NCBI GenBank assembly: GCA_048938105.1
Contig: JBHLMN010000014.1
Coordinates: forward strand, 32,001 to 96,000
Reading direction: 5' to 3'
Source: Promethearchaeota archaeon
GTDB taxonomy: Archaea > Asgardarchaeota > Heimdallarchaeia > Hodarchaeales > Hodarchaeaceae
Length of the DNA: 64,000 nucleotides
Shown piece after piece: positions 20,916-30,400 of this stretch. The notes below the pieces were generated by a model. It was not told the DNA's origin, ran no database searches, and worked only from the letters and a program-made list of their open reading frames with translations. The stretch's first letter is position 1. Every line of letters begins with the position of its first letter. The translations under genes were made by a program, and so were the position numbers.

Positions 20916-22268
20916 TTAGGAAATCTCTTCCTCTTCATCTGAAGGTTGTTCTTCTTCTTCTTCTTCTTCTTCAGCTGCTTCAGTAGTGGTTATAGTAGGT
21001 TGAGAGCTCCTATCGAAATCCACTAATGTATCAATTTGTTGAACAACTCTTTCAAAGATCTTACCTGTTCTTCCACTGGTTAAATAGTGTAAAATTACGC
21101 CAAGTAAAATGAAAAGCAGGACAACATTAAGAATGGCAATTGTCTGAAATTCTGGTTGAGTTAATTCAAGACTCTGAAGAAGAGCTGGAAAAGAACTTCC
21201 CATTAAAGGAGTAAGGATAGTTTGTGGTGCTAAGATAATATAGGTAAGAATTGTGACAGCAAAGATCCGAAAAATCATCGCTGGGATGAAATGTTTGAGT
21301 AATGCGGAAACATCAGGTTGTGCAGTTTTTGCAGCTAATTTTAAATCGGTTTCAGGATCACTCTGGTTTAAACTTGCGAGATATGATTGCAACCGCATCA
21401 TTGATTTAGCATCACGCATAACTTCTCCTTTTTTAAAGACTCGTCTTTCAACCATTTCCCTTAAATAGCTAGCTGCAAGTAGTCCAAACTTTTTTGATTG
21501 TACACTTTGGATAGACTGTTCTTTTCCTTTTTCTTCTTCAGAAATGGGTACAAATGTTCGGATTCTCTTTAGATGCCCTTGAATCCGTTTTTCTCGTTCA
21601 GTCATTGGTTCAATTATGTTTAGAGTATACGAGGTTTGGAATGCAATCTCTAGTAGAAGATATAGTAGGAATCCAAGTGTGAAAATAGGACTTAAAATCA
21701 TCGCTAATAAGTGTGAAGAATCGATTGTTAATGGGATTGTGATTTTTTGAGTAAAAATTGCTATTATTAATATGAGTTGAAATCCTAGAAACGAATAGAT
21801 AGCTAGTTTAGTATCCCCTTCTCGGAGGAAACCAAGTCCTGAGAGAAAAGCTATGGGAAGAAGAATTAAAATTGTTGTAGCTCCAAAGAAATTTCCAAAA
21901 TCCTCTATAAAAGATTCCAATGTTGTAGTTGTACTAGCATGAGGGAAAAAGCCATTTTCAGGATTAGTTATAGCTTCAATTACAGATACCATTCCTGAAG
22001 TATTGGCACCAGTACTCCCAATTATAGGCCCTATTATGGGAATATTCCATTTTAATGAAGCTATTACAGAAACTATGCTGAGAGCTACAGTTGCTAAGCC
22101 TGGAATCAATTCTTGTACAAATAACATTATGTACTCTAAAATATTAAAGATTTGTGTGAAATCAAACATAGAAGGATCAATACTTGCGAGAACTAAAAGG
22201 CTCGAAAACACAAATAAGATAATATATAGGATACGAAAGAAATGAGCTGTAGCTTGTCCTGCTGGCAT
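20916..22268 (-). CDS. Polytopic membrane protein with acidic C-terminal tail
   Basis: Several hydrophobic segments; operonic with the DUF58 gene. Confidence 0.8.
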   Translation of the reverse strand: MPAGQATAHFFRILYIILFVFSSLLVLASIDPSMFDFTQIFNILEYIMLFVQELIPGLATVALSIVSVIASLKWNIPIIGPIIGSTGANTSGMVSVIEAITNPENGFFPHASTTTTLESFIEDFGNFFGATTILILLPIAFLSGLGFLREGDTKLAIYSFLGFQLILIIAIFTQKITIPLTIDSSHLLAMILSPIFTLGFLLYLLLEIAFQTSYTLNIIEPMTEREKRIQGHLKRIRTFVPISEEEKGKEQSIQSVQSKKFGLLAASYLREMVERRVFKKGEVMRDAKSMMRLQSYLASLNQSDPETDLKLAAKTAQPDVSALLKHFIPAMIFRIFAVTILTYIILAPQTILTPLMGSSFPALLQSLELTQPEFQTIAILNVVLLFILLGVILHYLTSGRTGKIFERVVQQIDTLVDFDRSSQPTITTTEAAEEEEEEEEQPSDEEEEIS

Positions 22269-22271
22269 TTT

Positions 22272-23771
22272 TTACACCGATCCTTTTCCTGCTTGTTTGC
22301 CTTCCATATAAGTCTTGATAACATTGGGAAGCATGTCATCAGGCCCGACATTAATAATTTCAACACCTAATCCCCTTAATCTATCCTCTACTTGCTTCCT
22401 ATAGCCAAGATACTCTTCAAAAATAGCCTCTGCTATAGCTCGTTCTGTTGCTGTCAGATCACCAAGCTTTGTTTCAAATAGTGGACCAAAAGGAGAAATT
22501 ACAGTGATATTATTTTTTGTAGCTCTTGCCCGTTTCGCAGCTTCGGTGAAAATTTCTGAATCAGAGGATTCAAGATCTGTTAGGAAGATATAGAATGAAG
22601 CTCTAGGTACCCTCTGCATCGCGAAGTCTACAGCAGCTAGGGGATCAGATCGGCCTTGTGGTTCGACTAACGCTAATATCTCTAATAATTGGAAAAACAT
22701 TGCTCTTCCTCCCCCTGGAGGCAGAAAAGAGGTCGGTCGATCAGCAAATGTTACCAATCCGAATAGATCTTGACGTTCTTCAGCCATCTTCATGACAAGC
22801 ATTACAGAGCGAATGGCAAAGTCAAGCTTGGTGTTGAAAGGAATACCAGCCCCCATACTGCCACTATGGTCAAGAAATACAATCATTCGAATATTTTTCT
22901 CTGATTCAAATTCTCTAACCATAAGTTCTCCCGTACGGCTGAATGCTTTCCAATCTAAGGATTTAAAGGGAGCTCCTGGATAATATTTAGCTAACGCATG
23001 AAAATCATCTCCCATACCTTTTTGTTTAGTTTTATGAGCTCCAAACATCTTTCCTTGTTGGCGGCGTTTACTTAAAGCTTCCATTCTACGAATATCTTCA
23101 TATGAGGGGTAACAGAGAATTTCAGTATAAAAGTGCCTCACATCTTCTTCAAAGTAAAATCCTAATCTATCGTGAATAATGACTTTGACAGGACCAAGGC
23201 GATATACTCCACGAGTACTCACTTGAACTATATAAGAAAATTCTTTCGTTTCTCTCCCCGCTAGTTGGGTAATAATAAAATTCTCCCCTAATGCTATTTC
23301 AAACATATCAGGGATGGCATCATAGACCTCAAGGAAATCCATTCGCCTTCGTCCAGTGTTTTCAACCTTGACTGTGACATGGACATATTCTCCTGCGAAA
23401 GCTTTTTCTCGATCAACAGAACGTGTGACTCGTATGAGAGAAGCGTTGGCTGACACACGGAAAAATGGGAGACCAATGACACTAGCCAGAAGTAATAATG
23501 TGCCTAAAAACATCGCATAGTCAACAATTGGAGAACTATTCAAGATATTAAACGGTTCAAGAATCTCCATTCCTGTTGGAATACCTAAAGATTGGTTTCC
23601 ATTTGTTTGAGATCCATTAGTCTGATTTTCACCCGAAACTTGAGTTAAACCTTCTCCCTCGAACAGAATAGGAATCATTGTAGTAACGGTACCTATTCCC
23701 TTAGCACTTAGTCCTACTGATATTAATAATATGCCTCCAATTGCAATGAAGGCTCCACGAGATGAAAGCAT
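22272..23771 (-). CDS. DUF58 / vWA-domain membrane-anchored protein
   Basis: GDDFHAL..Y.PG, LDWKAFSR, LMVREFE, MIDAS DHSGSM. Confidence 0.9.
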   Translation of the reverse strand: MLSSRGAFIAIGGILLISVGLSAKGIGTVTTMIPILFEGEGLTQVSGENQTNGSQTNGNQSLGIPTGMEILEPFNILNSSPIVDYAMFLGTLLLLASVIGLPFFRVSANASLIRVTRSVDREKAFAGEYVHVTVKVENTGRRRMDFLEVYDAIPDMFEIALGENFIITQLAGRETKEFSYIVQVSTRGVYRLGPVKVIIHDRLGFYFEEDVRHFYTEILCYPSYEDIRRMEALSKRRQQGKMFGAHKTKQKGMGDDFHALAKYYPGAPFKSLDWKAFSRTGELMVREFESEKNIRMIVFLDHSGSMGAGIPFNTKLDFAIRSVMLVMKMAEERQDLFGLVTFADRPTSFLPPGGGRAMFFQLLEILALVEPQGRSDPLAAVDFAMQRVPRASFYIFLTDLESSDSEIFTEAAKRARATKNNITVISPFGPLFETKLGDLTATERAIAEAIFEEYLGYRKQVEDRLRGLGVEIINVGPDDMLPNVIKTYMEGKQAGKGSV

Positions 23772-23835
23772 TCAAATATACACCTATGTGATTCTCAATT
23801 CTTAAAGAGATGAGTTGAATGGGATTGATCCTTAC

Positions 23836-24936
23836 TTATTCTTCATATTCTTCTTCATAGTACTCTTCGTAAACAGCTTCTTCTTCTAGTGGGTCCACTG
23901 GTATGGTTAATCCATCTCGAATATCCTCTGCGATTCGTATTTGGGTAATCCCCTCTAATTCGGCTTCAGGTTTTAGAATAAGACGATGGTGGACAATGTG
24001 GGGAATCATCAGAAGGATATCATCTGGAATGACGAATTCACGACCATGTATGGCAGCACGTGCTTTTCCTGCTAATAATAGGCTTTCACTTCCACGAGGA
24101 GAACATCCCAAAACTAATCGGGGGTCAGTTCGTGTTGACACAGTAATATCACGGATCATTTCCAGAAGTTCAGGACAAACAAATACTCTCTTGACCACAT
24201 CCATCATAGCAATAATAGTTTGAGGAGAAACAACCTGTGTAACTGTAGCTGGAATTGGTTCGTGTTTTAACTTTATAATACGAAGTTCATCGTCGGGAGA
24301 AGAATGATGGACAATAACCTTAAGCATAAAACGGTCTAATTGAGCCTCAGGCAATGGATATGTTCCTTCTTGCTCAACAGGATTTGCTGTTGCCATAACA
24401 ACAAAAGGTTTTTCGAGTTTGTGAGTCTCTCCCTCAATTGATACCTGACGTTCCGCCATAGCTTCAAGCATAGCAGATTGAGTTTTAGGAGGAGCTCGAT
24501 TAACTTCATCTGCAAGGATCACATTACCAAAAATTGGCCCTTTCTTGAGACGGAAGGTACCTGTTTTAGGATTAAAGATATTAGTTCCTACAATATCAGC
24601 GGGAAGCATGTCAGGAGTGAATTGGATGCGTTTATACACTGTCCCAAGAACTTTAGAGAATGTTTCTGCCATATAAGTTTTTCCGATACCAGGAACCCCC
24701 TCAAGATAGACGTGTTTGCCAGTTAACATAGCAATCCAAAGCATTTCAAAGATTTCAGTCCTTCCAATGTAAACTTTGCGAACTTGCGCCATAATTTGTT
24801 GATAGGCACGAGCAACATCGGCAACATCAAGCATTTCATAAGTTATTTCATCACTAGTGAAATCTTTACCTTTCAAATCAGTTTTGCTCATTTCTTTCAC
24901 TTCTAATCTGGTTTTTTGGTTCTTTTTTTTGATCAT
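23836..24936 (-). CDS. moxR: MoxR family AAA+ ATPase
   Basis: GVPGIGKT, RIQFTPDMLPADI, ADEVNRAPPKTQSA, GTYPLPEAQLDRF. Confidence 0.96.
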   Translation of the reverse strand: MIKKKNQKTRLEVKEMSKTDLKGKDFTSDEITYEMLDVADVARAYQQIMAQVRKVYIGRTEIFEMLWIAMLTGKHVYLEGVPGIGKTYMAETFSKVLGTVYKRIQFTPDMLPADIVGTNIFNPKTGTFRLKKGPIFGNVILADEVNRAPPKTQSAMLEAMAERQVSIEGETHKLEKPFVVMATANPVEQEGTYPLPEAQLDRFMLKVIVHHSSPDDELRIIKLKHEPIPATVTQVVSPQTIIAMMDVVKRVFVCPELLEMIRDITVSTRTDPRLVLGCSPRGSESLLLAGKARAAIHGREFVIPDDILLMIPHIVHHRLILKPEAELEGITQIRIAEDIRDGLTIPVDPLEEEAVYEEYYEEEYEE

Positions 24937-24943
24937 GACGAGG

Positions 24944-26704
24944 TTATGTTATCTCCATCCCAATATTTTTCAGAAAGAGATAATGATCTAAGAATTCTTG
25001 TTCTGAAATCACAGCTCGAGTTTCTATAATTCTTTCAATTATACTCAAACCTTCAGTAATAGTTCTGTGAGTGAATCGATCAGGAAATTCATTTACCAAG
25101 TAAGTGGCGGCGATTTCAGGTGTGAGTTCTACATCTGGATTATATCGCCTATTTAAATTACGTTTAAGTCGTCTATAAATAAGTTCTAGTCCACGAGAAT
25201 ATTGTTGATATTCAAGAAACCATCGCATTTTTACCGCAAAGAAGCTCCGCCCATAGTATCGTTCAACACGGGTTAATAAAAGAGGTTTAGCTTGTGTTCT
25301 CTTAGGCATAAAACGTCGTGATAGAATGATTGCAGCGATTGGCAAAACCCACGCAAATAGTGGAAACATAGTTATCATGTCAAGAAATTTCAGATAGAGA
25401 CTTAATGGAAGAGTAGGGGATAGAGGATGATTTGCAAGATGGCCTTCGTCAAATATAACAGTCTGGCCCGTACGATTTCTCATAATTTTGTCTACTACAT
25501 TCAAAGCAAATCGGTAATTATCATATCTATCATCATAGTCGGTTCTTGAAGTGTCAATATACTTATTTATGAAAATAGATGGATCAGAACAAATAATTAT
25601 ATCACCTCCCAGAGGAAACGGAAAATATACAAAAACTGGGAATCCAACGTTTGGATGAGCCCATTCATAAGGATCAGAACTATTGGGCCCAATTGCGTTT
25701 ACATCTCTTTTGGCTAGTTCAATATCTGACTCTAACCACGCCTGAGAACTACTGTATAATACTGCTATCTGCAGGCTGAATGAAAGATCAGGTATTTCAA
25801 ATCCAGCGGTTTCTAATTCTGAAAAAGCACTCGCTGCAGAAGCTGGAAACTCTCCCATAGGTACCCACTTAGTTACAAAAGTTACTTCACATGTCTTATT
25901 TCCCCCTCCCACGTCGACCTCAGTGACATTAACAGGGTAACGAACCTTCATGCTTATTATTGAAGCAAAGTTCCCAATAACTCCATCACCAGATAAACCA
26001 GTGGTGAAATCGGTGACCCAGGGTGCTGGCATTCGATAACTCCCAGTTTGGTTCCTTGATACAGGAGAATGGAATATAGGGGTAAGGGGAGTATCATTGT
26101 AGCTGCCTTGATCTGCAAGAAGGCTACCATTAATAGCAATTCCAGCAATTGGGAAATTAGCTCCTAGATTACATTCATCGTCACCGTTAGAAGTAGCGTT
26201 ATCAGCAGTCGTAGTATCCAAGCCAAAGACATTTGTTCCACCAAGCTGTTCTTCCATACCAAGATCACCTAGATCCACCTGTGACATGAACCCTAGGAAG
26301 ATAGAAAGAACACCAAGAATATCATTAGCCGTTCCGAAGTCATCTGCAATCAGAACTCTTCCTCCGTTGATTGCGTACATGAGAATAGCTAAAGCTTCTG
26401 TGAAATCATAATGAACTGCTGGCCCGAGAATTATGAGCGCACCTTGGCTATTATTCATCTCAGATTTATTCAAGCGGTTAAGAATATTGCTACTACCAAC
26501 AATAGTAGAGATTTGTCCTTTTTTTGCATGATTCTTAAACATATCTTTGAATGCACTAGTTCCATTCCATCCTGTGTTGTAAATTGAAAAATTTGTGGTG
26601 TTTGTGGTAAATAAAAAGCCCAATAAGGATGCTGATACAAAGGGATAGCTAACGAAGATGGCTAGGATGATCAGTGCAGCAGTTGTACGATTAATCTCTA
26701 CCAT
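24944..26704 (-). CDS. DUF4350-like membrane protein
   Basis: FSIYNTGWNGTS, GGRVLIADDFG, SDPSIFIN, VIFDEGH; N- and C-terminal TM segments. Confidence 0.8.
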   Translation of the reverse strand: MVEINRTTAALIILAIFVSYPFVSASLLGFLFTTNTTNFSIYNTGWNGTSAFKDMFKNHAKKGQISTIVGSSNILNRLNKSEMNNSQGALIILGPAVHYDFTEALAILMYAINGGRVLIADDFGTANDILGVLSIFLGFMSQVDLGDLGMEEQLGGTNVFGLDTTTADNATSNGDDECNLGANFPIAGIAINGSLLADQGSYNDTPLTPIFHSPVSRNQTGSYRMPAPWVTDFTTGLSGDGVIGNFASIISMKVRYPVNVTEVDVGGGNKTCEVTFVTKWVPMGEFPASAASAFSELETAGFEIPDLSFSLQIAVLYSSSQAWLESDIELAKRDVNAIGPNSSDPYEWAHPNVGFPVFVYFPFPLGGDIIICSDPSIFINKYIDTSRTDYDDRYDNYRFALNVVDKIMRNRTGQTVIFDEGHLANHPLSPTLPLSLYLKFLDMITMFPLFAWVLPIAAIILSRRFMPKRTQAKPLLLTRVERYYGRSFFAVKMRWFLEYQQYSRGLELIYRRLKRNLNRRYNPDVELTPEIAATYLVNEFPDRFTHRTITEGLSIIERIIETRAVISEQEFLDHYLFLKNIGMEIT

Positions 26705-26753
26705 GAGATCTCACTTAATTCTTGTCATGAAATGACGATTTCTTCAATAGTAA

Positions 26754-27278
26754 TCAATATTCCTCGGTGGCTTCAGGAATCCCACCAGCCGATGTCGCAG
26801 TTTGGAGGAATTGGTGAAGTCCCGATAAACCATCTTTAAATTCCTGAGTTGTGAGAGGAGTTTGACCATATCGAGCTTTCTCAAATGCCATTACAATAGC
26901 ATTGATAGCGCTGGGATCTAAGTCCCCACGATTCATAAGTTTCACACCTAATTGTCGTGCTGACTCGTTAGGTGCACGGCCAACACCAAGAAACCCCTCA
27001 GAGGCAAGTGTCATAGTTTGCCACATAAGGATAGATGCTTCCCGAAACATCTGTTGACGGGCTAATTGCCGAATTTGAACTAAACGTTGCTCTATCTCTT
27101 GTTCGAGAATTGTCTTTTTTACTCCTCCTACTCCAATGGCTTCAATGATTTGTTGCCGAAAATAAAACAGTAAGAATCCAGCAACAATTAAAGCGCCTAA
27201 AATTAAAATAGGGAAGAGTATTTCGAATATAGTTTGGGCAAAGAAACTGATTCCATTCATTCTCATCACAATTTTCAT
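26754..27278 (-). CDS. DUF4129-like membrane-anchored protein
   Basis: N-terminal TM, R..NESARQ, FEKARYG. Confidence 0.75.
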   Translation of the reverse strand: MKIVMRMNGISFFAQTIFEILFPILILGALIVAGFLLFYFRQQIIEAIGVGGVKKTILEQEIEQRLVQIRQLARQQMFREASILMWQTMTLASEGFLGVGRAPNESARQLGVKLMNRGDLDPSAINAIVMAFEKARYGQTPLTTQEFKDGLSGLHQFLQTATSAGGIPEATEEY

Positions 27279-27439
27279 AATGGTTAATTATTTAATTTAT
27301 CCTGATCTAATCCAACCTAGATTATTAGAGATTTCATCTATTTTTTAATCTTTATTTCATTTCATATTTATATTATTTCTTTAAAGACAATGATCCTAAT
27401 CATATAATGTCGTATTTTTTTGTGTTTTTGGTAAAAGTT

Positions 27440-30400
27440 TCAAGCACCTCGTATTCCTTTAAATCGTTCATACAACGCAGCTAATCCAATTCCCCCACCG
27501 AAAGCAAGTATTGGAGACAAAACAATCAGAAATAGTGTACCTAATGGATTTTGGGCCCCAGGGCGACTGATGGAGAAGGGTTCAGAAGTAACTGTCTTCT
27601 TATTGCCAGTTCTATCGAAAATTGTTATTTTAATGGAATATTTGCCTTCATCTAAATCTGAGATATCAAGAACTATTGTTGCTTCAGTATTAGTTTCCTT
27701 TGTTATATTGGCATCTTCATATTTAATAGTATCCAGAGTGGCACCAGTCGAATTAAGAAGCTCAAGTGTCAGTTTATCTAAGAAGATCCCAGTTTCTTGA
27801 TCACTAAATGTAATATTAATGACTAGGTTCTCATCTACCACATCAGGTAACTCATCAACTATATCTAATTTAGGAGGAGTATAATCAAGTTTAACTTCTC
27901 TATCAGTATAGTTATCATTACCCGCTAGATCGCTATAAGTTAATCGTATCTTCCAATTCTGTGCGTTAGCGAACGAGTCATTTCGAAGAAGATTATCTTT
28001 ATCAATAAGGATTTCCCATTCATATTCAAAGTTATTATCACTAATAGACATACTAGTATTAATTTTAATGTCATTTAAAACAGGATTAATTATAAAAAGA
28101 CGAACAGATGAACTATTTACCCCAGTATTCCAGCCTGTCTCAGATTGATTATCCTTTATCGTACCTGAAATAGATACATATCCAGTATCTAAATCGACAA
28201 TGATATATCCATCGTTATTTTCTGGAACTTCAATGGTGACCATCGGTTCAACAATGTCGATTATGATCTTGATTTCCGATTTATTCCAATTGTTTGCTAA
28301 GTCAAAAGCTGAAACTGTTATATTGTATGTAATATCTTCGATATCTTTTGAAGTGTCCCAATCATAAGTGAATATGTATCCGTTGATTGGATCTTGATCC
28401 ATAGCATCGCTAATTCCATTAATCCAGATTGTAACGGATAAATTATCCAATCCACCCGATACAAAACCAGAAGTAGGACCAGGATCTATGATACTCGCTG
28501 TAATTTGAGTAACATCATTTTGGGGGAGGAGTGCAATGCCATTGGAGGTTATTGGACTTGTTATATCAATAATGGGTTTAGTTTCATCATATACTTTCCA
28601 TTGGAGGGTGATCTCATAGTATTTCGATAATATAGTCCCATTATCCAGGAAGTGATAGAGTTGCCAAACCCAAGTGTCATTTTCCCATCCAGTAAATGAA
28701 TAATCAAGCGAGAAGTCTCCTGCAGGGTCCACGGATTGTAGATCACTACTACCATCCCACATGGGATTTATCCATTTTCCATTAAGGCTACGTTCAGTTG
28801 AACTTTGGAGAGTTCCCCTTATCGTTATATCTCGATTGTTAATCCCCGTAACCACATAATTGCCCCCACTTGTCAGGTTTGTTGTTGTGAAATTAAACGG
28901 GAAATAAATTTGAAAATACCCAATTTGAAAATCCCAATAGACATAGATTAACTCTTCAGTATGATTTACACGATAATGAACGAGGCCTGGACTGGTAATA
29001 TTCAATCTAATGTAGAGCCTATCCACATTGTAATCATGTGGAATTATATAATATAACGAATAAGTTCCATCAACATTTGGACTCGCGTTTAGATTCATTC
29101 CAATTTCATGGGTTCCGTTCCAACCAACAACGCGTATTCGGTCATTTAATTCAGAGTACGAGTCTGAAAATATTGGTGAAGAACTATCAATTGGGAGACC
29201 AAGGTTGTCTGTTAATGTTCCACTGACAGTTACGTTACTCCCCACAAACACCGAGCTTCCATTGAAGTTGCTAAGAGTATAATCATTAAGGTTAATAGTA
29301 GTTACTACTCGAATGAGATCATATCCTTGTCGTCCTTCTCGTGGGGTAGGGGGAGTTGGATCCTCGCCATAAATCATAATATTATCCTTCAGAGGTGTAT
29401 TAGGGGGTAAATTGACAACGACAGAAAAAGAGCCTAGAGCATCTGTAACAGCGTTAGTTAGGAACACTCTCTCACCATTACTAGTATAGTTTACACGAAT
29501 TTCTATTGTTTCATACTGGACTGGATCTTGAGTACTGTCTTTGTACGTTCCCTCAACAGTGATATTTGTCGTACCACGATAAACTTCAAATACTCCTGTA
29601 TCGCTGTTGAATCCTACATCAGTATGATAAGGATCCGTAACACCATCAGTAGGAATTGTAACCTCAATTTTGTCAATATTTTTGACCTCAAAAGTATGAG
29701 ATGTAGTCGAATAGGTATCAGCTATGGAACCATTAACCCAAATCCCCGACAAGTGACCTGAGGGAACCGTATCATGTGTAAAGTTGTATATTAAGCCTTG
29801 TGCGTCTCCAAACTCCGCTCTTGCCTCGATAGTATAATCACCCTCAGGTGTGAGCCCTGTAGCATTCGTAAGGATGTAAAATGTAACACTACTATTATCT
29901 GAATATTGACTCCGTGCGGGAGTAACCTCCATGTTCAAATCAGCAGGGTATTGGCCATTTATTAAAATAGAAATATTAACACCATCAATTAATATCGCAG
30001 GAGGAGTGATCCAATCACCGTCAGGATATTCTCTGAGTTGTAATCGGAATTCTATCTCAAGTGTTTCATTTTGTTGTACAAGGTTATCGGGAAGATTGTC
30101 TTTAGGGACATAGATATACCCAATAAAATATTGAGGATCTACTCTGATGGTACGTGTTGATACAGAATAAGAGCTATTGGAGCGGAAATCTGACCTGATA
30201 CCTTTTGAACCAACATACCATTTATTGTGAGAGTCATTCTCAAAATCTGCTGTAGCTCTGAGTTTGATATCTGTTAATTTAGGAATAGTACTATCTGTAC
30301 TCAAAATAAATTTGATTTCCCCAGAACTACTTGTATTATAATATAATCTCAGTGGATCCTTATCCGCTGCATGATCAGGATGGATAGCAAGGGAAACTCC